This document shows, piece by piece, positions 25,688 through 38,957 of a stretch of DNA of 64,000 bases. This stretch comes from Octopus vulgaris (taxonomy: Eukaryota), in assembly GCA_951406725.2 (NCBI GenBank), contig OX597815.1:117676001-117740000 (forward strand), given 5' to 3'. Each line of letters begins with the position of its first letter. Position 1 is the stretch's first letter. The position numbers and the translations under genes are program-made. A model generated the notes under the pieces. That model worked only from the letters and a program-made list of their open reading frames with translations, did not search any database and was not told the origin of the DNA.

Positions 25688-28070
25688 TAGTTTTATTTTT
25701 ATAGCGTGCTTTCACTTCACTACCGAGCGCAGCTCTGTGTGCCTTAGGTATGTGCTGTGATTTGTTGTGATGCTCTGATGTTTATTGTATGGAAAGTGTT
25801 CTGCGTAGGATGTGTGCAGTGCCTAGTAGTGCAATTTTCTGTATGTTATATGCGTTTGTAAGTCCTGGTGTTTTTGTTATGTATTTGTCTGAATATTTTT
25901 TATCATGCCTAATGCACCTACTATGATAGGAATTGTTCCTGTTTTTAGATTCCATATTCTGGTTACCTCTATTTCCAGGTCTTTGTATTTTGAAAGTTTC
26001 TCCATTTCTTTTAGAGACACGTTGTCATCTGCCGGTATTGATACATCAATTAGAAAGCATTGTTTTTCTTCATGATCTATGACAACTATATCTGGTCTGT
26101 TGGCCTTAATTTCTCTGTCTGTGTGTATCGGCATATCCCAGAGTATGGTTGCTTTCTCGTTTTCTGTGACCTTTTCTGGTGTGTGCCTGTACCATCTTTT
26201 TTCTGTTGTTATTCCATAATGTTGGCATAGCTTCCAGTGTATGTAGGTTCCAACTCTGTCATGTCTGTGAATATATTCCTTCTTAGCCAGGACTGGGCAG
26301 CCAGAGATAATATGATTTATTGTTTCTTGTCCATCTCCACATATTCTGCAGTTACTTGTTATATTTCTTTTCATTACATGTTTTTGGTAATTTCTGGTGG
26401 GGAGGCTTTGGTCTTGTGCTGCAATTAAAAATCCCTCTGTCTCTGCTTTGAGTCCTGAGCTTCTCAACCATTGCTGGGATTTTTCTTTGTCTATTTCTTT
26501 TGCGTTTAGTTTAGTCCAGTATTTACCATGAAGGGGCTTTTCTTGCCATCGTTTTATCATGGTTCGTTGCTGTTCTATTTTTAGTTTGGATTTCATTTGT
26601 TTTATAACTTTTGTTGTTTCTTCATCTTCTTCTTCTTCATCATCATATTTATTAGGTGGTATGATTTCTTGTTTGTATTTGTCAGCTTCCTTAAATACTG
26701 AGAACAGTTTTTTGTTTGCTCGTGTTTTGCCGCTATTTGTATCAGTTTTCCTTCCTTCTGAAGTAGATATTTTTGCAGTCCTATGGTGGTTATTTTATAG
26801 TAGTTTTCCAGCTGTATAAGGCCTCTACCACCTTCTATACGTTGTATATATAGTCTTTCTATGTCAGATTTTGGGTGATGCATCCTAGATTCTGTCATTA
26901 TTTTTCTTGTTTTCCTATCTATTTTGGTCAGTTCATTTAGTGTCCAGTTAAGGATATTGTAGCTGTAACTTATAACTGGAACAGCTAAAGTGTTAATACC
27001 TATTATCTTGTTTTTAGTATTGATCTAACTCGTCTATAATATTCTTTTTTTATTTTCTCTTTCATTTGTGTGTGTTGTATCTTATCTAGTTCATGGATTC
27101 CTAAGTATTTGTAAGTTTGGCTTTGGTCTAATTCTTTTATTTCATTGGTTTTATCTAGTGTGATGTTGCTACTCTTAACTAGTTTTCCTCTTTTCAGGGT
27201 TACTTTGGCGCATTTTTCTAATCTAAATTTCATATCTATTTATTTGGTAAATCCATGAACTGTCTTTAATAGTGTTTCCGGCTGTTTGCCATTTGCAGCG
27301 TATAGTTTTAGGTCATCCATATATAAAAGGTGGCTGATCGTTTTGCCGTAACATTTGTATCCGCATCCAGTTCTATTTAGCATATCAGATAGAGGTGACA
27401 GTGCCAAGCAGAAAAGGAGTGGAGAGAGCGTGTCTCCCTGGAATATTCCTCTTCTGATGGGGATGGCTTTGGTTTTCATGAGTCCCTCTTTTGTTTGGAG
27501 CTGTAGCACTGTTTGCCATTTATTCATAGAGTGCCCTATAAATTTTATAATTGTTGGTGCTACTTTGTTAATGGCTAGTGTTTCGAGGATCCATGTGTGG
27601 GGGATGCTATCAAACGCCTTTTTGTAGTCGATTCAGGCCATACTGAGGCCTTTCTTCTTTCTGTGGCTCTCTTCAGTTATGGCTTTATTAATCATTAGTT
27701 GATCTTTACAGCCATATGAGCCTTTGCGGCATCCTTTCTGCTCTTCTGGAAACAGGTTGTTTTCGTCCAGGTGCTTGTTCAACCTCTGCGATATCACTGC
27801 AGTAAATGCCTTGTACATTGTAGGGAGACAGGTTATTGTTCTGTAGTTTTCTGGTTTTGCTGTCTCATTTGATTTGGGAATTAAGATGGTTTTCCCCTTC
27901 GTGAGCCATTCAGGCATTCTCTCTGGCTCTGCTAGTATGTTGTTAAAGTTTTCAGCCAGCTTTTTGTGCATTCCTGTTAGATATTTCAACCAGAAGTTGG
28001 GGATCTTGTCATGCCCAGGTGCCTTCCAGTTGCTAAGTCTTTGCAGTGTCTGGGTGACCTCTTCAGATGT
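25684..28070 (-). mobile_element. 5'-truncated R4/Dong-clade non-LTR retrotransposon (RT plus restriction-like endonuclease), disrupted ORF
   Basis: WKAPGHDKI, ENYRTITCLPTMYK, GIFQGDTLSPLLF, HLLYMDDLKLYA; CCHC knuckle CRICGDGQETINHIISGC, RHD, RPDIVV...IDVSIP, EKLSKY; 3' end runs into (TAA)n; stops and frameshifts split the ORF. Confidence 0.95.
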
Positions 28071-28350
28071 GGCTCAGGTTCGGTCTTATTCCTGATAGGT
28101 TTTATGTGGGTAGCGGGTTACTGCCTGTAACCTTAGGTATCCACAAGTTTGCAGCAGTCTTTCAAGTGCTTAGAACCCTCCTAATAATCCTTGCTCTCTC
28201 TAAGAGACAAACTTTCTGCAGGTCTACCGGGCATTCTATTCCAATCTCCTTTAGCCATTTGTCTATATCTTGGCTTACTTTCCCAACGCACCAATTATTA
28301 TAGGAACGACCGTTACTGTTCGCATGTTCCAAATTCTTCCTATTTCAAGC
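28071..28350 (-). mobile_element. 3' end of a second R4/Dong-type family
   Basis: Minus: LKLEIGRIWNMRTVTVVPIIIGALG / SQDIDKWLKEIGIECPVDLQKVCLLERARIIRRVLST* plus 3' UTR containing atacctaagg. Confidence 0.85.
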
Positions 28351-28409
28351 TTTAGGGGATTGTATTTTTTTGTTTGTTTTTCTTCCTCTTTCTTCACAAT
28401 CTCTTTACC

Positions 28410-28609
28410 CTCTTTTACTTGTTTCAGTAATTTGACTATGACCATGCTGGAGCACCGCCTTTAGTCGAGCATATCGACCCCAGGACTTATTCTTTGTAAG
28501 CCTAGTACTTATTCTATCGATCTCTTTTGCCGAGCCGCTAAGTTACGGGGACGTAAACACACCAGCATCGGTTGTCAAGCGATGTTGGGGGGAGAAACAC
28601 ACACACAAA

Positions 28610-28704
<95 letters not shown>

Positions 28705-28825
28705 GACGGGCTACTTTCCGTTTCCGTCTACCAAATCCACCCACAAGACTTTGGTCGGCCCGAGTCTATTGTAGAAGACATTTGCCCAAGGTGCCACGCA
28801 GTGGGACTGAACCCAGAACCATGTG
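28410..28825 (-). mobile_element. S1 SINE
   Basis: Reverse complement of 46135-46539, head slightly truncated. Confidence 0.9.
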
Positions 28826-29086
28826 TATTTTTATTTCACAGCAGTCATAGTTCCGAATTGAAAATGTCCATTACTTGAGGTGTAAGTTATTATTCATCAT
28901 AATTATTATCGTCATACACATCATTATCGTTTCTAAGCTACAATAAACATTGACAAGCGTACTTCCCACTACAAATACACACTTACACCCACATTTATAT
29001 ACATATATGGAAATGTGCGCGTATGTGTTTGTGCATATATCTATCAGGCGTGTGAGCCACGAGTTTTACTATCCCTCGTTTGTCTA

Positions 29087-29130
29087 TATATCCTGAAGAA
29101 GGGTTCATAACCCTGAAACTTAGAAATATA
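29087..29130 (+). ncRNA. Type I hammerhead motif with damaged cleavage triplet
   Basis: tatatc CTGAAGA AGGGTT cat AACCCT GAAAC tta GAA atata; perfect 6-bp stem II, GUH missing. Confidence 0.6.
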
Positions 29131-29224
29131 AGGTGAAACTTCAACTTACATCAGCTTTTTTTATGTAGCTTACATTATGTCTCATCTCGCATTGTTCCAG
29201 CCTAGCCCAACAAGTTTATATATA

Positions 29225-29269
<45 letters not shown>

Positions 29270-29361
29270 TAATCGAAGTGTACAGTATTATATATCCATT
29301 ACAGCCGATCTTGCCAATCGGTTTCGCGCTAGAGATTCAAAGGAGTATTAGGTAACCCTGC

Positions 29362-29410
<49 letters not shown>

Positions 29411-29545
29411 CCACGTCACCGTCCAGGCTATTACATGTTGCTACACATTGCTGGTCACAATGCGCTTCGCATTGTTTTAGCCTTCAAATGACGCCACCCC
29501 GCTGGCTAAGTGAGCAGGCCAATATTATATATATATATATATATA

Positions 29546-29952
29546 CTCTTTACTCTTTCTCTTTTACTCTTTTACTTGTTTCAGTCATTTTGACTGCGGC
29601 CATGCTGGAGCACCGCCTTTAGTCGAGCAAATCGACCCCGGGACTTATTCTTTGTAAGCCCAGTACTTATTCTATCAGTCTCTTTGCCGAACCGCTAAGT
29701 GACGGGGACGTAAACTCACCAGCATCGGTTGTCAAGCAATGCTAGGGGGACAAACACACACAGACACACATATATACATACATATACACGACAGGCTTCT
29801 TTCAGTTTCCGTCTACCAAATCCACTCACAAGGCATTGGTCGGCCCGGGGCTATAGCAGAAGACACTTGCTCAAGATGCCACGCAGTGGGACTGAACCCG
29901 GAACCATGTGGTTGGTTAGCAAGCTACTTACCACACAGCCACTCCTGCGCCT
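29546..29952 (-). mobile_element. S1 SINE, full length
   Basis: Complete reverse-complement copy including head ggcgcaggagtggctgtgtgg. Confidence 0.9.
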
Positions 29953-29990
29953 ATGTATATATATATATATATATATAAGGAAAGTAGCTA

Positions 29991-30354
29991 GTAGCTAGTT
30001 GTAAACTCTCAAGAAGATATGAGAATAGAAACTGTACTAACTAGTAAAATTAATCGCCACATCAAAGTGGCTGTGCCATGTTACTACTAGTTTAACCCTA
30101 GGCAGTTATTGTTGCGGCCCTGCATCCTGTACATGTATATTGCTAGCAGGGGTGTAAACCTCTACCATCTTCCGGCAGACCATAGGATTGCGAGGCTGAC
30201 CTCAGTTTCGAGCTAGTTTGCTCGTCTTCAGACGCGAACACCTGGTCGCCAGAAAGATGGTCAGAGTCCGCTCCCGCCAGCAATATATTGTAAACAAAGC
30301 GACCATCGGTCACCGATTTGCAACAAGCAATGTAGCTAGTCCTAAAATCTCAAG
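29991..30354 (-). mobile_element. HHR-bearing 341-bp structured monomer with 23-bp terminal direct repeat
   Basis: gtagctagttgtaaactctcaag (29991) vs gtagctagtcctaaaatctcaag (30332); long imperfect stem 30130-30292; (TA)n on both sides. Confidence 0.75.
30188..30238 (-). ncRNA. Type I hammerhead ribozyme motif
   Basis: Minus: CTGAAGA C GAGC aaacta GCTC GAAAC tgag GTC; intact core, bulged stem I extended by a long rod. Confidence 0.8.
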
Positions 30355-30383
30355 TGTACATATATATATATATATATATATAT

Positions 30384-30616
30384 TTTAATGTAGGATAAAA
30401 TTTTTTCGAAAAAAAAAATTTTATCAATGGCCAGCATATTAAAAATACCTTTAGCGGTTAAATTTATAAGCAACTTATAAATAAGGGCAAACAAAAAAAT
30501 TTCTAATACCAAATATGCCGAAATAAGACACATTGTCCATATGGTTATGGACAATGTGTCTTATTTCGGCATTTTTGGCATTAGAAATTTTTTCGTTTGC
30601 CCTTATTTATAAGTTG
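30384..30616. repeat. (TA)n-flanked island ending in a 71-bp fold-back
   Basis: Arms 30471-30541 and 30546-30616 (3 mismatches), 4-nt loop; shares atcaa.tggccagcat, aaataaggg and atgccgaaata with 22229-22917. Confidence 0.9.
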
Positions 30617-30667
30617 TATATATATATACAACATATATATATATAACTTATATATATATATATATAT

Positions 30668-31061
30668 AGGAAGGAATTGTGCCAAATTTTGGCATTGTAA
30701 GCTACACCAATGCTAGAACGGGACGACACTGCATAGTGCAAAAGATCCCAGCAATGCCATCACGCTTCAGGACCACCTTCTGCAACAGCCTGGGTTTCAA
30801 GGGCCCACAGCTTTTTAATATTCTCCCAAAGAGTCTGAGGAACTTGCACAAAGTAGATGTAGGGGTTTTTAAATCAATGCTGGACATCTTCTTGTCAAGA
30901 GTCCCAGATGAACCTACCTCATGGCAGGAGGTGCAAATGAGAGTAGCTATATCAAACTCCATTCTTCATCAAGTGCCACATATTAGACGATGTTCGTCGT
31001 AATAACAGTGTAGCACAAAACGTCGGTGCATCAGCATGGCCGCAGCTCTGAGCTGAAACTA

Positions 31062-31063
<2 letters not shown>
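30668..31063 (+). mobile_element. CR1-type LINE, 3' end of ORF2 and tail
   Basis: NSLGFKGPQLFNILPKSLRNL...FKSMLDIFLSRVPDEPT resembles CR1-group ORF2 ends; tail cggtgcatcagcatggccgcag...ctgaaac. Confidence 0.8.
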
Positions 31064-31110
<47 letters not shown>

Positions 31111-31406
31111 TGTGTATGTACGCATGTATATGCACACATACAGACGACAATCAGCTGTGAAGATGGAGCAATCACTAATGCCGTATTGCCGTCTCCTTGT
31201 GCTTCCCGCTATCAATAACATTTCTAACTTTCCATCCATGACATTTCAGATGACTGTTCAGTCCCGTTGCAGATCTGATTGGTAGGGAGCATAGGTGACG
31301 GACAAAAGTTGCAACTTACTGCGCTTCCAACTGGTTAGGTCTGCACACATGGTCACTTTTCCATCCATCCATCCATCCATCCATCCACACATACATGCAC
31401 ATGTGT

Positions 31407-31459
<53 letters not shown>

Positions 31460-32546
31460 GATATGCATTATTCTTTACCCATGTGTGTGTGTGCGTGCGT
31501 CCTTACATATGTACCTTGGGGAGGAGAAAGAGAAAGTTTGAGAAGGAAAGTAAGAAGCGAAGAAAGAATGAAGAAAGAAAGAAAGAAAGAAAGAAGGAAA
31601 GAAAGATATATCTAAAAGATTTTAATGTGTTTCTTGCTTGGCCTATTTTGTCACAGTATTTGCAGTGGGATAGGAAATACATACGCGACATAAGAAAATT
31701 GTTTGCGTTGTAATCGTAAAAATGATGAGTACCGCTTTTAACTTATGTAAACATTACATGCAAGACATTTGTGACATTGCGATAAAAAAAACTGGATTTT
31801 GTTTGACTGGGAAGTTGCTTAAACAGCGTTTTAATGAGCGTTATAGGCAGCCGGTATACTTTAAAACATAAATGCACACACAAAAGGAAACAAGTGGAAT
31901 TATGTTGTCACCCAAAGTGATAGCAATAGCAATAGCAATAGCAAATAAATATCCCTCTCATCGCAACGCTTTTATCAAATATTTTTCTTGAGTTCGAGGA
32001 TTCATAAAGCCAGACACCCGATTTCCATGGTGCGTATGTGACCGAGATCACAACTTACTCCCTGAAAAGGGACACCAGTTCGTTACAAGATTCAAAGGAA
32101 GCAATATATATCTTTTCCCTTTTTCTCCGTATGTTCCTTCGCAGTCCTCCTGTGCCACATTTGTATGTATATATATTTATATATCCCTTTGAATAAAACA
32201 AAGCTAAAAAGCGTAACAAACTTTCTGCTTTCTTTAGAAGAGATGGAAAAGCCAGCTTTCAAAGGAGAAATTTTGAATATCATGTGTATCGTGAGAAAGA
32301 TGTATTGTCACGTTCTCAACTAGAATAACAATACATTCTGTGCAGTGAAGCCAGCAGGAAAAGGAAAGAATAAAAAAAAATGTCAAAAAAGACGAAAAGA
32401 ACAAAAAAACGAATAGAAAAAAACCCAGCTGCGGCATGTTCGGTTGGTTGCGCGGTTTAAAACAAAGACGGAAAGTTACTAATATTAATATAAACTGACG
32501 CTTCTTCCGTAACAATATTTTACACCACAACCACCACACACACACA

Positions 32547-32605
<59 letters not shown>

Positions 32606-33993
32606 CAAACAAACAAACAAACAAACAAACAAACAAACAAACACATATACACATAGGCACGCGTGCACACACACAGAGTTGTGAACAAACAGAAATTTAG
32701 TATTTTAGAAAACCATACACTTATACAGAGAAGGTTGGATGGACGGACGGAGGGACGGATGGATGGACGGATGGATGGATTGTTCGGTAGGTAGAAGTAT
32801 TGATAGATGCATGAATAGATAGATGGATCTCTCTCTGTCGGTCTCAAAGATAAGGATTCACTTGTCCGATCCACGGAATTATCTATTCCTTAATTTAGCG
32901 TTTCAGTGGTTGAGTATCTCACCGACATGTATACCTTTAACATAATTCTCAGTCAGGTAGAATCAGTGTGACACAGTGTTTGACAAGGCTGTATTATTTG
33001 AATCCCAAATACAACCAACCCATCAAGCTTCTATACAGTCCCCGTCTGTCCAACGTCGCTCACAAGAAAACTGGGTAGAAACGCATCAAATGAATTGTAT
33101 CTGGAAACCAAAGGTTCGTCCTTGCCACACTGTCATGTAGAATTCACATGAAGATCACTAACGTTTAAGCCAACCATATTAGGCCCAGATATTCTGCCTG
33201 GTTATGATTGGATATATTTTGACCGAAATCCGCTTATTCGGTGGTGTAATAAGACTGAATGGTTAAGAATTTCGCTTTGCAACTAAAAGACCCGGGTTTG
33301 ATTCGACTGTTTTGTACCTTGGGAAAATATCATTTTTTGAAGGGTCGAGTTGATCCATACATATAGCCGAAAATTATATAGAAAGCAGTCGGTTGGGGTG
33401 TACGTGTAATTCAAAAAGCAGGGCTTGTCATATACTGGGCGTCACCATGGATTCACCTACTAATTACGTTAAGAAGACACGTGTCTGAGGAATACTCGGA
33501 CACTTACATGTCAAATTATAAGCAGGTAAATCGAATGACTGTATTTTCATTATCAAACCATGGAGATCCGCCACCGTATCTTAAGTAATAAACTATAAAT
33601 TTTCTACAGAATTCAGAACTCTGAAAATCTATAGTTTATACTTAAAAATGAGAATATCGCACTGCTAACACAAAATGTAAGGCACAATATTGCTTTATAA
33701 ACCTTTAATATATTTGGCAGTATATTATGGTTGCAAAAAGGAATACTGTGTTCTTGCTTTTGATTTTATATATATAAAGAACACGACGCTCACTTATGAT
33801 CTAAACGAATAGGCTCGTTGGGTAAATGCTATAGTTAGTTGACCATTAGGTTCCAAGATCACAGCTAAGATTGGATCTAGGGATCCATGTTAGGGTTTCG
33901 TATATATTGTATTAGAGGAAAAATCAAAACCAAGGTAAAACGAGTATTTCAAGTCATTTAGAATAATTTAATTAGGCTAAGGTGAATTTGAAG

Positions 33994-34067
33994 TCTTACA
34001 GCTGTTTCTGGGATAACCCAAATGGTTGATTAGCATATCCGTGAAGTGGATATTTCGTCATCAGAGA
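33994..34067 (-). ncRNA. Type I hammerhead motif, partly decayed stem II
   Basis: Minus: tct CTGATGA C GAAATA...TATCCC A GAAA CAGCT GTA aga; internal hairpin atatcc/ggatat. Confidence 0.7.
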
Positions 34068-34194
34068 ACAGATACGAATATTTTAGACTGGGAAAATTTG
34101 CAGTTTACAAGGAATAAACTGTAAACTTTCCCCGTATGTATGTATGTATGTATGTATGTATGTATGTATGTATGTATGTATGTATGTATGTATG

Positions 34195-34225
<31 letters not shown>

Positions 34226-34995
34226 TGTATGCATGTATGTATGCATATATGCATTATGTATGTGTGTCTGTGTATGTATGTATGTATGTGTGTGTGTATG
34301 TCTGTGTGTCTGAGTCTATGTACACACACACACACACACACAAGATCACACACATATTCGTACCCTTGTTTTAAAAGTTCTATTCATTGATATGTTCTAA
34401 GGAGTGTTATATAATTCCCTTCTTGTATGTATGTATGTATGTATGTATGTATGTATGTATGTATGTATGTATGTATGTATGTAGGCACGTGCGTGATTGA
34501 GAATATTCGTGACTGAGTGAATAACTTGCCAGTAAGTAACATTACATTACATGAATGCATAGCGAAAACTTAAAGCGGTTTTAGTGGCTGAAATTTCAAT
34601 ATACATACATATAAGGCATTCTAACTCCAGATGATAATGCTTTGTTTAAAGAAACTGTAAATTAGCACGATACAAAACGCACTAAATACAGTTCACTGAA
34701 TAACAAAACCACTTGTTCGCGTATATATTTGACATTGAGGTGCACCGGAAGTCGAATATAATCTTATTTATGCACTTTGCAAGCAGCTTTAATACGCTAT
34801 CATATTTCTAATGAGTTACGCAGCCTTTGTTTCAAATAAACTATAAAATAATTAGGTATTTAGTAAACTAACTTCAGCATTGTTAAGCTGGTTTTTAGAA
34901 CATGAATTAACATGAAATTCTGATGAAAGTTTTTAATTGAGATCACTTTGTATGTATGTATGTATGTATGTATGTATGTATGTATGTATATGGGA

Positions 34996-35400
34996 AGCGG
35001 CAAGCTGACAAAATCATTAGCACGCCGGACAAAATGCTTATGAGCATTTTGTCTGCTCTACCTTTACGTTCTGAGTCCAAATTCTGCCGAGATCAACTTT
35101 ACCATTCATCATTTCGGGATCGATAAAATATGTACCAGTTGAGTACTGGGGTCGATGTAACCGACTTGCCTTCTACCTCGAAATTGCTGGACTTGTGCCA
35201 AATTGTGAAAGCAATATATATATATGTTGGCAGCGAGCTTGGCAGAATCGTTAGCAAGGCGGACAAAATGAGTTCAAATTCCGCCGAGGTCGATTTTACT
35301 ATTCTACCTTTCGTGCTCGATAAAATAAGTACCAGTTGATGACTGGAGGTCGATCTAATAGACTTCCCTCTTTCTCATAATCGCTGGTCTCATGCCAAAA
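34996..35400 (+). mobile_element. Two tandem S2 SINE copies
   Basis: S2 head and core twice; the second is internally deleted. Confidence 0.75.
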
Positions 35401-35664
35401 TATGTAATCAAAATATGTATGTGTGTGAGCGTATCTATGTATCTGTGTAAGTATATATGCGTGTGTGTATCTTCGTTTATGTGTTTGCACAGGCGTTGGT
35501 TTGTCTAAGTGCCGCTTCTAAAATAAACACTGGTGGGGGCGATTTAATTGCCTAAATCCTTCAAGGAGCTGCTCCTGTATGACCACAGTCCAACGACTGA
35601 GACAATTAAAAGAATAAAAGAACATAACATAATGTATCTTCGCTTTAACATAGAAATTTGTACC

Positions 35665-36729
35665 CGTGTCGGTGTAGTAGTATGTGATCTATCATACATG
35701 CCATTAAATCTAGCCTAGCTTGTGATCTACATTCAAACTTTTGTTATAAATTTGCAATTATAATTAGAAGAGTGAGTTAAGCATTTAAAAAATAAAAATT
35801 TTTATTGATTTTTATTGGGTTGTCCGGAAAGTTCGTACCGATTTTTAAAGGAAAGAAAAAGGTCAATAAATACTTGCCATTACATTTTTAATCAACCAAA
35901 TATGGACCATTTTGTTGCACAATGCGTCTCCATCTTTCCTTTAACTTGAAAATACCCTCTTCCCAGAATTGAGGTGGTTTCATGGCAAAGAATTTATCAA
36001 GGTATCTTTTTACGTCATCCAAAGAATTGAAATTTTTACCATTAAGACTATTCTGCAGAGACCTGAATAGGTGGAAATCTGAAGGTGCAATATCTGGTGA
36101 ATATGGAGGGTGGGGTAACACATCCCAGCCAAGCTGCAGCAATTTTTGTCTGGTTCCCAAAGCATCAAGTGCTGAAAATGAACTTTCTTATCTTCCATTT
36201 TAAAGGGTTACAGAATTAACACAGGTTATAGGAACATAAACCTTCTTCCATGAAAAGATAGCTAAAACTGTGCTCCAAATGGAGGTGTTGTCAAATCCTA
36301 TTTTATGGATTCAACCATGTTCTAAAATAAGTCGAAAGGTAAGCTACTATAAATCGGCACGAACTTTCCGGACAGCCCAATATTTCATACTGGAAACATA
36401 AATATTGTGACTATTTAGCGTCGGAGAAATTCTATTGCAGCTTCTTCATCTCGAAATAACCTGTGTGTAAAATTTGTTTGCTCTCACCACGACTTCTGTC
36501 AATGGGTTCAGAACTAAAAGCGTTTAAATCATAAAAGTTTTTTTTTTTTTTTGGTTTATATACCAAACCAACCGGAAGTCGAGTAAGTAGATGAATTTTA
36601 AATGTAAATCAAAAATTTTAAATGTAAATAAAAAAGTCGGTGTAGATCACAAACTATACCATTTGAGCTAATGTAGATCGCAAGCTATACCAGAAACATG
36701 TCTGTAGATCACATACTACACCGACACCG
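35665..36729. mobile_element. Non-autonomous TIR DNA transposon (superfamily uncertain) hosting a mariner
   Basis: Ends gtgtcggtgtagt(agt)atgtgatcta / tagatcacatactacaccgacac; ttgtacc duplicated on both flanks; subterminal gtagatc.caa.ctatacca repeats. Confidence 0.75.
35815..36380 (-). mobile_element. Internally deleted mariner (DD34D type)
   Basis: ~30-bp TIRs ttgggttgtccggaaagttcgt / acgaactttccggacagcccaa with TA on both sides; PHPPYSPDIAPSDFHLFRSL...GIFKLKERW; 5' stub MEDKKVHFQHLML. Confidence 0.95.
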
Positions 36730-37471
36730 TTGTACCTAACGTAAAGTTAGTTTGAACAAATTGTTAGATAGTTTTGTATCTCTTATTATAAATCTCATGA
36801 TAAAGCGCTCATCTAAATCAGAGAAGTTCTAAATTTAAGTGATACGGAACTTTATAAATATGAAAGTGTTGGCAAGAAGCATCAAAAGTTAATAGAACTT
36901 CTATGTTATTTCCCCCATTAGCTTTCGTTTATATTTGGCTAATGAAATGATTGGTCTTGTTTAGACAAACACAACCGGACACCCACGCATATTCAACAGA
37001 TTTTAAGTGATTACTCATACACACGTACACACATATACACACACAAACACACTCGCGCATGCATATATATGTTTATATAAATATGTATATGTGAGTGTAT
37101 GTGTTTATGTATGTAAGTATGTGTGTGTGTGTGTGTAGATAGATATAGATATATATATATAGGTAGATAGATAAATATACATATATATAGACATACATGT
37201 AAATATGCATGTATATTTGTGTGTATGTATCGTATATCTATATAGATAATAGATACATACATACGTACATACATATACAAACATACATACATACATACAT
37301 ACATACATACATACATACATACATACATACACGCACATATACACACATACATATTTATGTGCGCGCACGCGTTGTGTTTGTGTGTGTATGTACCTATATG
37401 TATATGTTTGTGTTTGCTGAAAAAAAGCATCAAGTACAGACGGAATTATTAATAATGACGGGCCAAAAAAC

Positions 37472-37569
<98 letters not shown>

Positions 37570-37886
37570 CGAGTGAGAGGTGGAACGGGTGGAAAGGGTA
37601 GGGAGGGCTTGAATGGAAATAGTAAGATAAATTTAACGACGCTGTAAAATATTTTTGCCAGTCTGCTGAATCGGGTGTTTCTCTGAGGCTTATGAATTAT
37701 AGATGTAAAGATAGAAAAAGAAAGCATAACAGCGTGGTTATTTATACTGGCCATTTACATTACATACCTGTACCTATGTAAGCAGAAATCGGCACGCGCT
37801 AGTTTACACATACGAGGCATACATACGTTCATAATACATTCATACACATACGCGCGCACATGTTCACACATGCAGAGAGAGAGAGA

Positions 37887-37958
<72 letters not shown>

Positions 37959-38004
37959 CACACACATACATGTAAGTAGGCGTATGTGTTTATATATATA
38001 ATCG

Positions 38005-38344
38005 TGGCACTCTGTCGGTTACAACGACGAGGGTTCCATTCCAGTTAATCCGATCAACGGAACAGCTTGCTCGTGTGCAAATGGCTGAGCACTCCACAGA
38101 CACGTACAAGTACCTTTAACGTAGTTCTCGGGGAGATTCAACGTAACACAGAGTGTGACAAGGCTGGCCCTTTGAAATACAGGTACAACAGAAACAGGAA
38201 GTACGGCAGGGTTCGCCACCCCACTGTCGGAGCCTCGTGGGGTTTTAGGTGTTTTCGCTCAATAAATATTCATAACGCCCGGTCTGGGAATCGAAACCAC
38301 GATCTACGACCGTGAGTCCACTGCCCGAACCACTGGGCCATTGC

Positions 38345-38345
<1 letters not shown>
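38005..38345 (-). mobile_element. S3-type SINE
   Basis: Body matches 12148-12330; the head region resembles S4. Confidence 0.8.
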
Positions 38346-38395
<50 letters not shown>

Positions 38396-38396
38396 A

Positions 38397-38453
<57 letters not shown>

Positions 38454-38485
38454 AAGATAGACAGATAGGTAGGTAGGTAGGTAGG

Positions 38486-38531
<46 letters not shown>

Positions 38532-38681
38532 TAGATATAGCTATATATAAATAAATGTTTTTATGTCGCGTTATATGTAAAAATAATTTAACATTAAAAT
38601 GAAGACCTGCTGAATATTTTTTAGCAGATTACATACATATAATACATATATGCATGTCATACATAAAAACATACATACATG

Positions 38682-38755
<74 letters not shown>

Positions 38756-38872
38756 GCATCATTATCTCCATATCCGCGGACTTAGTTCTCGGTAAAGACT
38801 TCGGAATGTAAGTTCAAATCACTTGAACGTTACTAAGTATTTTCTATATTGATCATCTCTAGATCCCATCTG

Positions 38873-38954
<82 letters not shown>

Positions 38955-38957
<3 letters not shown>

